A DNA stretch of 63,873 nucleotides, counting the filler, from Asterionella formosa (Eukaryota), in assembly GCA_002256025.1 (NCBI GenBank). It is 12 parts of 12 records of this genome, joined end to end, with 100 filler letters (N's around TTAATTAATTAA, not from the genome) between each part and the next. Parts side by side here need not be neighbours in the genome. Positions count along the whole stretch, not along the records: positions 1 to 5,319 come from NKIB01013121.1; positions 5,420 to 10,482 come from NKIB01013122.1; positions 10,583 to 15,895 come from NKIB01013123.1; 9 more parts are not named here. One strand, given 5' to 3'. Shown one piece after another: positions 1-10,710 of the stretch. A model generated the notes under the pieces. The model did not search any database. It was not told where the DNA came from and worked only from the letters and a program-made list of their open reading frames with translations. The number at the start of each line of letters is the position of its first letter. The stretch's first letter is position 1. The position numbers and the translations under genes were made by a program.

Positions 1-625
1 CATCATTACCAAATGGTGTGGTTTTGTCATGAAATGACATAGTGACCTCATCTGGAGGATGTTTCTTGTTGTATAGATTATATATTGATAGTGCCCTATT
101 ATATACTATTGGACAGTGAATAGAGACATTAAACAAGGCAAGTTGATGGAATTTTGATGAAGTTAAAGGGGAGTCAGTATTGGTAAACCAGCCATGATTA
201 CCAAATGGTGTTCGTGGTTTTGTTATGAAATGACATAATGACCTCATCTCGAGGATGTTCCTTGTTGTATTAATTATATATTGATATTATCCTATTCTAT
301 ACTATGAACCAGTGAATTGAGACGTTTAACAAGGTGGGTTGATTAATTTTTGATGAAGCTATAGGGGAGTCAGTATTGGTAAACCATGATTACCAAATGG
401 TGTGGTTTTGTTATGAAATGACATAGTGACCTCATCTAGAGGCTAGAGGACATTCCTTGTTGTATTCAATATACATTGATAGTACCTTATTCTTTACTAA
501 GTGGCGAAGAATGGAGCAGTTCAACAAGGTTGTGTATTGATTTAATTTTGATGAAGTTATAGGGGAATCAGTATTGGGAAGCCATCATTACCAAATGGTC
601 TGGTGTTGTTATGAAATGACATAAG
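1..625. repeat. Tandem repeat, ~192-198 bp unit, 3+ copies
   Basis: CATSATTACCAAATGGT...ATGAAATGACATA recurs at 1, 193, 385 and 583 with matching internal sequence. Confidence 0.9.
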
Positions 626-1110
626 TCGCCGGAAATGATGGTAAAGCCGCAGCAGGAGAATGAGGCCGGGATGGGTACTGGAGCAATGATGGGAATGCAA
701 CAGAAATGATGAAGGGTAAGCTATGATGAGAGAGTCGCCGCCCGAAATAATGGTAAAGCAGCAGGAATAGAGGCTGGGATGACTATTGGAGCAATGATGG
801 GAATGCAATAGGTAGGATGGTGGTGAAATGATGATGAGAGAGTCACTGGAAATAATGGTAAAGCAGCAAGAATGAAGCTGGGATGGGTATTGGAGCAATT
901 ATGGGAATGGAACAGGAAGGATGAAGGTCAAGTGATGATGATGATGAGTGAGTCGCCGGAAATGATGGGAAAGCAGCAGGGATGATTATTGAGTGGTTTG
1001 GGCAATGATCAGTAAAAAGCAATAAGGCTCCTTGAGTGTTGACTTGAGAGACAGCAGGGGCAGTGATGATGGGAAAGCAATGGGAATGTAACTGGCAGTG
1101 GAATGATGGA
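620..1110. repeat. Degenerate purine-rich tandem repeat, ~110 bp unit
   Basis: AGTCGCCGGAAATGATGGTAAAGCAGCAGG-like motif at ~623, ~732, ~841 and ~951, with recurring TGGAGCAATGATGGGAATG. Confidence 0.7.
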
Positions 1111-2004
1111 TGATGTGTTGAAGATTGTGAAAAAGGACGGGCAAGATTGAGCAGTATGGTTGAAAGTATGTAGTGCCAGTATTGCTTGTGCAATTTGGAG
1201 AAAATGAGTGAGCAAAATCAGCGAGCCTTGATATTACACTGTTATGTACTCCTATGCTGTATTAGGTATACCGGTATGTACATGTACCACGATCTAACAA
1301 CAATACACCCTTACTTGTGTTTACAATTTTTTGTACCGGCTACATATTATGGTAAATACCAGAGTGTGCAATGCCTGAACGTGACAGGTGCGGGGTACTT
1401 GGTACCAGGTACCTGGTACTGTAGTAGACGCTACCGTATTCCTCCTCCTACCTGGTACCAGTAGACTACCGCTACTAAAACGAAACAGATGCATGCCGCA
1501 TGATAGCGGGTTGATGGTGAGACAGAAACATGTTAGTGGTACTCCAGGTACCTGGCACCAGGTACCTATGCATGTATCGTGTTACGTCACGATGTAAACC
1601 TACAGCGCCATTACATATGTAAAAATGCTACCTACATGTGGAGATATTATGATTGGCTGAACCCCCAATGTGGAGCGACTCATGATGCGGAGGGTCCATT
1701 TGGAGTTATTATGTCCGTGGAGATATTAAGAGGTTTACGGTATATAATTATTATCACGTTAGACAAAAATTCCAGGATAGGAATGACTGAAAGAATGTGG
1801 AGCTTTCATGTACTGTAGAATTCAACGAGAGGAAGTTGAAGAGCTCAAGAATTAGTTCAAACACGACCAGGACAGAGAAAAATCATCAGTCAAATCAAAG
1901 CATGTAAAATTCGGAGGAGGTCTAAAAAGAATTACAATCATCTTGTGCAGCACGATTAAAACACACCACGAAAAATAAAGCGTCCTTTCATAAATCAACC
2001 AGCC

Positions 2005-3708
2005 ATGGCGATGAATACCGCCCCTGCTTTTGTCGCCCCTACCTACCATCATGCTCAAATTGTAAATGAGCATGGCGTACAAGCAGAGTTCGCAAGGAAA
2101 GGACTCTGTCCTTATCATCCAGACATTCAGCTTCGCAAAAAGAAATGGAATGGAGTTTGGACGACTGTGCGAGGCATCTGCCCTAGATGCGATCGTCTAG
2201 CAACCCAAATTCCAAGCCTTTTAAGTTCTTCTCAGATTGCTGCGATTCTTTTAACGATGAAAAATAATGAGCGGAATGCTGACATTCAAATAAAAGGTTG
2301 TTCAGAACTTTGTGACTTGGCTTATAATAGTGACAAGAACCAGGTAACGATTGCTGAAGCAAATGGTATCACTACGATTCTGTCTGCAATGAAGACTCAT
2401 TCCTCCAATGCTACTGTGCAAGTGAATGGTTGTGCAGCACTTCTGTGCTTGGCTTATCCTAATAAAAAGAACCAGGAAACGATTGCTGACGCAGGAGGTA
2501 TCACTACGATTCTGTCTGCAATGAAGACTCATTCCTCCAATGCTACTGTGCAAGAAAATGGTTGTGGAGCACTTGCGAACTTGGCTTTGAATGAGCACAA
2601 CCAGGTGAAGATTGCTGAAGCAGGAGGTATCACATTGATTCTGTCTGCAATGAAGACTCATTCCTCCAATGCTACTGTACAAGTGAATGGTTGTGGAGCA
2701 CTAGAGAACTTGGCTTTGAATGACAACAACAATGTGACAATTGCTGAAGCAGGAGGGCCTACTGCCTTTTCATTGACAATGCCTAGATGGGAAGATGTCA
2801 TACGGTTGAAAGCGAATGATCCAAGTTTGACTTACCTTTCTCTCAGTGATAATTCAATTGGTGATGACGGAGCCAAGCCCATTGCAGAGGCTCTCAAGGT
2901 CAATACTGTCTTGACTACACTTTCTCTCGGAGGTAATTCAATTGGTGATGACGGAGCCAAGGCCATTGCAGAGGCTCTCAAGATCAATACTGTCTTGACT
3001 ACACTTACTCTCGGAGGTAATTATATTGGTGTTGACGGAGCCAAGGCCATTGCAGAGGCTCTCAAGGTCAATACTGGCTTGACTACACTTGATCTCGGAG
3101 ATAATTCAATTGATAGTAATTTACTAAATGATATTCAAAAACTGGTTGAGGCCAATTGGGTACACAAACAACATCCCTCTTCCCCAACAAAGCCAACACC
3201 AAGCGATAGCAATCCCACTGAATCCATTTCCATAGATGGGTCGATAAAGAAGGCACCTACAGAGCATCAGAACTTGCCTTCGAATGCCAACAACAACGTG
3301 CCACTTGCTGAAGCAGAAGGGCTTGCTGCCACTTCAATTATGTCTCGGATTGCTTCAACTGTTTCAAAGATGCAACAGAATGAGTCGGATGCTGTCATTC
3401 AATGGAATGGTTTCTTGAAGCTTGCGAACTGGGCTGAGAATAACTACACCAACGAAGTGACGATTTCTAATGTAGGAGGTATCGATGCGATTCTGTCTGC
3501 AATGAAGAAACATTCTTCCAATCCTGAGGTTCAACCATTCGGTTGTGAAGCACTTATTCGCTTGGCTGAGAATAATAAAACCAATCAGGTGAAGATTTCC
3601 AATGCTGGTGGAAAAGTCGTAATTGAGTCTGCTATGCGATATCACTCATCCAATGCTGGTGTGATTGAAAAAGCTCAAAGAGCTCTTTCTATCATTAAAC
3701 CAAGCTAA
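2005..3708 (+). CDS. CHCC-finger / armadillo-repeat / RI-NLRC3-type LRR / armadillo-repeat protein (5' part of a larger interrupted gene)
   Basis: 567-aa ORF with N-terminal CPYH-x20-CPRC, 43-44-aa ARM repeats (GITTILSAMKTHSSNATVQ.NGC.AL..LA), 28-aa LRRs (L.L..NSIGDDGAKAIAEALKVNT.LT) and a second ARM block. Confidence 0.85.
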   Translation: MAMNTAPAFVAPTYHHAQIVNEHGVQAEFARKGLCPYHPDIQLRKKKWNGVWTTVRGICPRCDRLATQIPSLLSSSQIAAILLTMKNNERNADIQIKGCSELCDLAYNSDKNQVTIAEANGITTILSAMKTHSSNATVQVNGCAALLCLAYPNKKNQETIADAGGITTILSAMKTHSSNATVQENGCGALANLALNEHNQVKIAEAGGITLILSAMKTHSSNATVQVNGCGALENLALNDNNNVTIAEAGGPTAFSLTMPRWEDVIRLKANDPSLTYLSLSDNSIGDDGAKPIAEALKVNTVLTTLSLGGNSIGDDGAKAIAEALKINTVLTTLTLGGNYIGVDGAKAIAEALKVNTGLTTLDLGDNSIDSNLLNDIQKLVEANWVHKQHPSSPTKPTPSDSNPTESISIDGSIKKAPTEHQNLPSNANNNVPLAEAEGLAATSIMSRIASTVSKMQQNESDAVIQWNGFLKLANWAENNYTNEVTISNVGGIDAILSAMKKHSSNPEVQPFGCEALIRLAENNKTNQVKISNAGGKVVIESAMRYHSSNAGVIEKAQRALSIIKPS

Positions 3709-3768
3709 ACAACGACTCCAACACCAAGCGGTAGCAATCCCAATGATCTCATTTCCATAGGTCAATCT

Positions 3769-4830
3769 ATGGACAATGTGGATTCAAGGCCAATCGATCT
3801 TCCTGTTGAATTCATTAATAGTTGTACAAACAACTTTAATAAAGCCTTGAAACTTGGTGAAGGAGCTTTTGGTGTTACCTACAAAGGCCAGATTGAAAAT
3901 CGGGACTTTGTTGCTAAACGTATGCTTGCCAATATTGCTGTTGAAAGCGATAAAGTGGAGGAAGTTAGAGAGATTTTTAAAAGAGAATTGCAGGTGAGCT
4001 TATTTGAGGTATCATCTATAGCATGTCGTTTCAAGATTTACTTTTCTCATTCTACTGTCATACTGTTTCAGGCATTAAAGAGGTTGCGACACCCCAATAT
4101 TGTAATTTTGTATGGCTATCATTTGTCCTCTGATTTGACTTCTCAATACCTGGTTTATGAGTTTACATTGAAAGGTTCTCTTGATACATTCTATAAGAGT
4201 GAACAAAGCAGAGCAAGACTCTCAGGTGAGATCCGATTTAAAATCATGTACGACATTATTAGTGCCATCCATTTCCTTCATACTGGTACAAATGACAACC
4301 TCGGTCTGTTTCATCGTGACATCAAGTCATCAAATATCTACCTTCAACAGAACTATGATGCCAAGCTGATTGATTGTGGCCTGGCCAAGTTTGTGCCTGT
4401 GGATGACTCCATTGAAACCAGTGCAATTCCTTTTTCAGTTTGTAAAACATCACATGTTGGAGTCTTTGGGACACCTGGCTACATATGTCCATCGTATTCT
4501 CGTGCACACAAGACATTTGAAGCATCATGTGATGTTTATTCATTTGGCATTGTCATGATTGAGCTTGTGACAGGCTGCCTCCAAAATGATACAAAGAAGT
4601 TGGGAGATTTCTATGAACGCTACTTCCCGTACGATTTTGAAGGAAATCCAGCAGAGGCATTGGAGTTGGCAATTCCAAAATTGGAGGAGGATGTTGATCC
4701 TCTTGCAGAGGAATGGGAAGATGGAATTCTGTCCTCTGTGTGCAAATTAGCCATTCGTTCATTAAGACCAATCGCATGAAGAGGCCAACGACTAATGAAT
4801 TGGTTGAAAAGTTGGGTCAACTCATATGGC
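3769..4830 (+). CDS. IRAK/Pelle-like Ser/Thr protein kinase domain, with an intron at 3994-4071 and a frameshift near 4759
   Basis: Motifs GEGAFG, VAKR, HPNIV, HRDIKSSN, DCGLAK, GTPGY, DVYSFG. A 78-nt GT..AG intron sits in frame. Subdomain XI (IKTNRMKRPTTNELVEKL) continues in the -1 frame. Confidence 0.85.
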
Positions 4831-4891
4831 AAACAGATCCTGATGTTGGTGGTGGAAGTCCCAAAGCATCCAGTGGTCCCAAACAACAGAA

Positions 4892-5319
4892 TTGAAAAAA
4901 TATGTTGAACGGATGAAAGAAAATGATCCAAGTTTGACTGCACTTGATCTCGCAGCCAAATCAATTGGTGATGATAGTGCCAAGGCCATTGCAGAGGCTG
5001 TCAAGGTCAATACTGTCTTGACTACACTTGGTCTCCGATGGAATTCTATTGGTGTTGATGGAGCCAAGGCCATTGCAAAGGCTCTCAATGTCAATACTGT
5101 CTTGACTACACTTGATCTCGATAGTAATTCAATTGGTGTTGACGGAGCCAAGGCCATTGCAGAGGCTCTCAAGGACATTACTGTCTTGACTACACTTTCT
5201 CTCGGAGGTAATTCAATTGGTGATGACGGAGCCAAGGCCATTGCAGAGGCTCTCAAGGTCAATACTGTCTTGACTGAACTTGATCTCAACAGTAATTCAA
5301 TTGGTGATAGCTTACTTAA
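4892..5319 (+). CDS. Second RI/NLRC3-type LRR block, truncated by the contig end
   Basis: MKENDPSLT cap followed by 84-nt repeats nearly identical to those at 2815-3120. Confidence 0.8.
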
Positions 5320-5419
5320 NNNNNNNNNNNNNNNNNNNNNNNNNNNNNNNNNNNNNNNNNNNNTTAATTAATTAANNNNNNNNNNNNNNNNNNNNNNNNN
5401 NNNNNNNNNNNNNNNNNNN
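5320..5419. other. Artificial contig linker (44N-TTAATTAATTAA-44N); also at 10483, 15896, 21306, 26716, 32126, 37522, 42918, 48314, 53705 and 59095
   Basis: The same 100-bp pattern occurs 11 times; TTAATTAATTAA places stops in all six frames. Confidence 0.97.
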
Positions 5420-5420
5420 C

Positions 5421-5986
5421 CTTAGAGGGAATGCAAGAGATTGCCATTGTTTGGATCCACGCACTGACATCCAACGCGTTTACCGGTACAGGTACCGGTA
5501 TTTCTAGTCCGACCATGTGGTGTCATGACCAGCTTGACATTGCAAATGATGCCTTTGAGGCCACAGAAGAAGATCTCAAGGGAATGTTTTGGAATTTTGC
5601 GTATTTTGTGTCCTTGTCAAGAGCCGAGTAGAATGGAACCAGGTCTAGGTCCAGCTCCAGGTCACTTGATTTCTTGATTACCGGTACTTGCACTTGCACT
5701 TGCACTTGCATATGGAGCGAGCGCTTATTTCATATGTACTTCCGGAGCATTGCCATATTTGATTGGAATAGGATCATTTCTTTCCTTTCACACGTTAATT
5801 CAAAGATGGTTGCACGTTTCTTATTATGTTCTAGCACACAAATATTTAACCGTACAATTACTCTGCATCTTTGCATTATATTCATAGAGGGACATTCACT
5901 GACACTGAATCGAGTGCTTTAACGAGGTACTTTCTAGACAGTGATGTCTTCACCAGCAACTAGCAGAGGAATCTAATGGCAGATGA
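5421..5986 (+). repeat. Left arm of a ~565-bp inverted repeat bounding contig 2
   Basis: Reverse complement of 9922-10481 with scattered substitutions and one fewer TGCACT unit in the right arm. Confidence 0.95.
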
Positions 5987-6152
5987 CATTACTGGTATTC
6001 ACCATTACTTCTGAAATTTGCGTGTATTAATGAATGCATACCGGCGATAATGCTTGCGAACGACTGACTAAAACTAAAAACTGTTTGATAATGGAGGCTC
6101 ACCACTTCTTCAGAACAAATCGAGTTTTAAATGGGTGACAAGGATAAAAGTA

Positions 6153-6836
6153 TCAGGAAACAGAGTCATAGACACTCTTGTACTCCGTGGTCTCATATTC
6201 AGCTCGTGGTGTGTACTCATACCCCTTGTATTCCGCCACTTCATACCCTCCAGAACTTATTGTTGAAAAGGAATATTCTTCCTTTTCTTTGGGTGCTGCA
6301 ACTGCAACCAAGTCTTCCTTTCCCATCCAATTGTCTTTTTCAATTTCCACTCCTCGCGTGGTGTCAATATGCCTAGCCAGCATGTTGGCTTTTTCGACAT
6401 GTTTCTTGGCATGGTATTGTTTGGCAAAAACGTCACGATGGCCCTTGGCCAGTGCCACGCGCTCTTCTTCTGCCTTGATCAAACCAAGTTGCATCCCACG
6501 AGCTCGCTTCGCCTTGGCCTCATGTTCTTTTTTCTTCCAATCGTCGTATTCTGGAATCAAGGGAGCCGTGGGTGGTGCTGTATCTGTAGTGGTTGTAGCA
6601 TTGTGGAATTCTTCGGTGGTGTCGTTGTCGGGGTATTCCCATGGAACAAGGACGGCGTTGGCCACTCCTGATTCTACTGGAGTAGCTGTAGGCAATAGCA
6701 AAGTGCCTTCTAATTCATCCACGTCACGTGGTGCTGTTGGAAGCGTTGTATAACAGTCGGCGGAGGGTAATGGCGTTGTCGTCATCGTGGTTCTTGTTGC
6801 TTGTTGCTTGTTGTTTGCTACTTGTTGTGATTCCAT
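6153..6836 (-). CDS. Hypothetical protein with a Tyr/Glu-rich C-terminus
   Basis: 227-aa ATG-initiated ORF with a charged helical middle, ending GGYEVAEYKGYEY...EYKSVYDSVS. Confidence 0.7.
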   Translation of the reverse strand: MESQQVANNKQQATRTTMTTTPLPSADCYTTLPTAPRDVDELEGTLLLPTATPVESGVANAVLVPWEYPDNDTTEEFHNATTTTDTAPPTAPLIPEYDDWKKKEHEAKAKRARGMQLGLIKAEEERVALAKGHRDVFAKQYHAKKHVEKANMLARHIDTTRGVEIEKDNWMGKEDLVAVAAPKEKEEYSFSTISSGGYEVAEYKGYEYTPRAEYETTEYKSVYDSVS

Positions 6837-8732
6837 ATAATGTATATGTAGAGGATAATCATGGCATCAGCAACAAGGAGCAAGGAACAAAACGAATTTA
6901 TCAGTACGACCTACCGGTATTTTAGTACTAACATGGAGTGGTTTCTGTAGAACGCAAGTAGAATCTAATGCTGTAGAGTCTAATACAAATGGGGAACCAC
7001 CTGGTACAAATGGGGAACCACCTGGTACCGGTATGTGGTTTGGTAGGCAGAACTCAAGTCGTGTGTGTCTCAATTTGTCAACACAGTCGTACGTAATTAC
7101 TATATACTATTTTGCTTAGCAACAGAGAAGGAAGGTTTTCCTGACATAACTGTTCTCATCTTTGCCAGCAATTTAGCTTAAGATTTGAATAGATGCCCCC
7201 TATTCAAATCATCACAAACTTCTGCCGACAGCCAAAAAGCCGTTTTAATGTTGATGACAACAAGTAAAGAAGGAATGAAACACGATCTGACAAATCACAA
7301 AGTCTTCACAGTTGGAGGAACAGTCACAGATTGAACATGTTGAGTTAACAAGTCTAAATCCTTCGGTGAGAACGACAAGGACTTCTAGGCAGCAATGCAC
7401 TACTAACTTGCTTGTTGATCCTCGTACAATGAGCATATGATTATATGAAGTGGGAAATGAAAAGGCCCCCATCAAAAACCATAATAAGCCATACACAAGT
7501 AACAAAATGCCTTTTTCAATAACTCAAAACAAGAATAGAAAATATAGGAGCAAAAACATTTGTGTGTCTATGAATATAAATACCTACTTGTACTAGGTTT
7601 TATGAGTTGAAAAGATGTTTGGGTAGTGGTCATTGTAAAGTGAATATTTGCGAAAAAATTTTGTTGACAACTTAACTGTCACATGTCTGTTTAAAGAATG
7701 AGCTAAATGTAAATTAGAATGGAGTTTCCGTTGAAATGCACCTGTAAGCTATGAAATATTTCTGAAATGAATTGTTCTTTTTTCTTAGAGGCGAGGTTCT
7801 TCTTTGTTACTACAGATGTACCAAACTAGTAGATTAAATCCTATGTCTTTGGTTCATAGCTAGGTCCCCCCCATCAAGGAGCCTGGATAGATTTTCCATC
7901 AAGCAAGTATGATGGATAGATTCTAAGATGTATATGTTTCTTGTCGAAATATTCAGATAGCTCCAATAGGATACTTCGACTGCTCCTCAATCCCTTGGAA
8001 AAATCTGAAGTAGTAGGATTCATTGATTGCTCCTCAATCTCTTGGACAAATCTTATAAGTCTGTGTAACCACTCTCAGTTTAAGGTTAGGTGAAGAACAT
8101 GATGTCAATCAAATCTTAGCTGCTGCAACATTTACTATCAGTTAACCTTCTTTCCTTTGTGGAGTTCACGCTTCAACATTGTTCTTTGCCATGTGTCTGA
8201 AGGTTAATAGTCTTCATACATGAGTGATAGCACCTTTTTCCATCAAACACGAATACCGGTACATAGAGTATAGGATAGAGTTGTGACCGAATGGGGAATC
8301 AGGAATCAGAAATCGCTTTTGTTTCAACTCAATGGACTTATCACGAGCCGATGATAGCTATATTTATATACAGGTAACAATGTACCCAAGGGAATAATGC
8401 TAGACCTACCGGTTACCGGTAGTCTAACAATAGATAGGAATAAGCCATTGATCAAGTAACGGTACATGAAAGATGCGGCTGATACCATTTTTGGAACAAA
8501 TTATTAGTATGATATTACAGCACCAACCAATGTTTCATCCATGTTCAATTCCTTTGTTCATCGACAACGATTCGTGAACTCCCTCCTACTTGCCGGAATC
8601 TCGTCGACGCATCAAGTGTTGCGCACTATTGTTCATCAATACATTAAAACCACGCAGGATCGTCCGTTTTATCCGTCATTGAATCGCAATTCGTTTTATT
8701 ACATAATTTCAAGGCACCATCAGACTTTTGAA

Positions 8733-9760
8733 ATGTCGGATCCACTGAATGACACCAACAATAACATTATTGAAAGGGAAACTGGAAGCAAGTTGAATGA
8801 GGATGCTGATAAAATAATTCAACAAAAAACATTACTACAGCAAGACGATCAAGCAACATTATCCAAAAATCAACTGAAGAAGAAGCGACGACACGAGAAA
8901 TTACTGGACCAAAAGAAGCGCCGAAAGCTTCAAGACAAGGAAATTAAATATGCCAAGGCAATAGCAGATGGGAGAGATTTGATTCAAGAACGTAAAGAAT
9001 TAGAAGAACGTAAAGCAAAGGGTGATGGTCACGAACGTAGAGAAAAGGTACATAGTTTTCCACCGCTTTGAATTGACCTTCACACAAAGCACCACTAACA
9101 CATCGATACATCATTTTCATTATTGTGGTGAGACAGTTTTGGCTTGAAAAACTCAAGAGAGCCAAGGATTCCTTTGCTGTTTGCGTAGATTGTGCATTTG
9201 AAGATCAAATGACGAAAAAAGAAATCCATAGTCTTGGCCTGCAATTGAGATATTGTTATGCGTCAAACAAACGATCGTCACATCCAATACAGCTGTCAAT
9301 GGCAAGTCTGAGTGGAGAGACAAGATCAGTATTGGATAAGGTAGATGGATTTCCAGAGCAATGGGAAGCTAGGGCATTTTCCCACAGCGACCAATCCCTC
9401 GAAAAGATGTATGCCTCACAAAAGGACCAATTGGTGTACCTGACCAGTGACTCGGAACATACACTGACCACGATGGACAAGGATAAAACATATGTGATTG
9501 GTGGAATTGTGGATCGGAATCGTCTGAAACGTGCTGCGCTAGGGCGAGCTGAAACTCTAGGAATTGCAACAGCCAAATTGCCCATCAGTCAACACCTTGA
9601 ACTGGTCACGACCAAGGTTCTTACATGCAATCATGTATTTGAAATTCTCTTGAAAGTCAACGAGAATGGGGGGAATTGGAAGCAAGCTATGCTAGATGTA
9701 CTACCACACCGAAAGGAAGCAAAACCAAAAAACGAATTGGGGAATGTGGACGATGAATAA
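8733..9760 (+). CDS. TRM10: tRNA (guanine-N1)-methyltransferase Trm10 (exons 8733-9047 and 9137-9760)
   Basis: SPOUT motifs QLRYCYASN, LVYLTSDS, YVIGGIVDRNR, TAKLPI, VLTCNHVFEIL; phase-0 GT..AG intron of 89 nt; an alternative in-frame ATG lies at 8541. Confidence 0.92.
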
Positions 9761-9921
9761 CAAACAAACCTTATAGTAGTAGAAGAACATTGTCTGGGCG
9801 ACCGAATATGCGGAGTACCCTGTACCTACCGATTGCTACAAACTGCATCGTTTTATATAATACACTGGAAATCAAAGTACCAGTATGTTCTATCCATCTC
9901 ATATGATGATACCGATATATA

Positions 9922-10481
9922 TCATCTGTCATTGGATTCCTCTGCTAGTTGCTGGTGAAGACATCAGTGTCTAGAAAGTACCTCGTTAAAGCACTCGATT
10001 CAGTGTCAGTGAATGTCCCTCTATGAATATAATGCAAAGATGCAGAGTAATTGTAAGGTTAAATATTAGTGTGCTAGAACATAATAAGAAACGTGCAACC
10101 ATCTTTGAATTAACGTGTGAAAGTAAAGAAATGATCCTATTCCAATCAAATATGGCAATGCTCCGGAAGTACATATGAAATAAGCGCTCGCTCCATATGC
10201 AAGTGCAAGTGCAAGTACCGGTAATCAAGAAATCAAGTGACCTGGAGCTGGAGCTGGACCTGGTTCCATTCTACTCGGCTCTTGACAAGGACACAAAATA
10301 CTCAAAATTCCAAAACATTCCCTTGAGATCTTCTTCTGCGGTCTCAAAGGCATCATTTGCAATGTCAAGCTGGTCATGACGCCACATGGTCGGACTAGAA
10401 ATACCGGTACCTGTACCGGTAAACGCGTTGGATGTCAGTGCGTGGATCCAAACAATGGCAATCTCTTGCATTCCCTCTAAG
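9922..10481 (-). repeat. Right arm of the inverted repeat bounding contig 2
   Basis: Reverse complement of 5421-5986. Confidence 0.95.
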
Positions 10482-10710
10482 TNNNNNNNNNNNNNNNNNN
10501 NNNNNNNNNNNNNNNNNNNNNNNNNNTTAATTAATTAANNNNNNNNNNNNNNNNNNNNNNNNNNNNNNNNNNNNNNNNNNNNCGTTGCAATTTATGACCA
10601 TTTGACAAGGTCGGCTGAAGCAAAGGAGCTCGGCCACGAGCGTTTAGTTTTCGTGCAACACTTTCAACGCTTGACTTCATCTAACCAATCACGATCCGCT
10701 CTTGTATCAG

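Noticed and set aside
557..1215. Minus-strand ORFs of 113, 116 and 68 aa
   Set aside because: Translations of degenerate tandem repeats with no domain signal
3706..3708. Programmed stop-codon readthrough
   Set aside because: TAA-A is a poor readthrough context and two further frameshifts follow, so decay or sequencing error is simpler
4822..5289. Antisense ORF over the LRR block (similar shadows over TPS, LigA and the ankyrin gene)
   Set aside because: Shadow ORFs caused by repetitive or GC-rich coding sequence on the opposite strand
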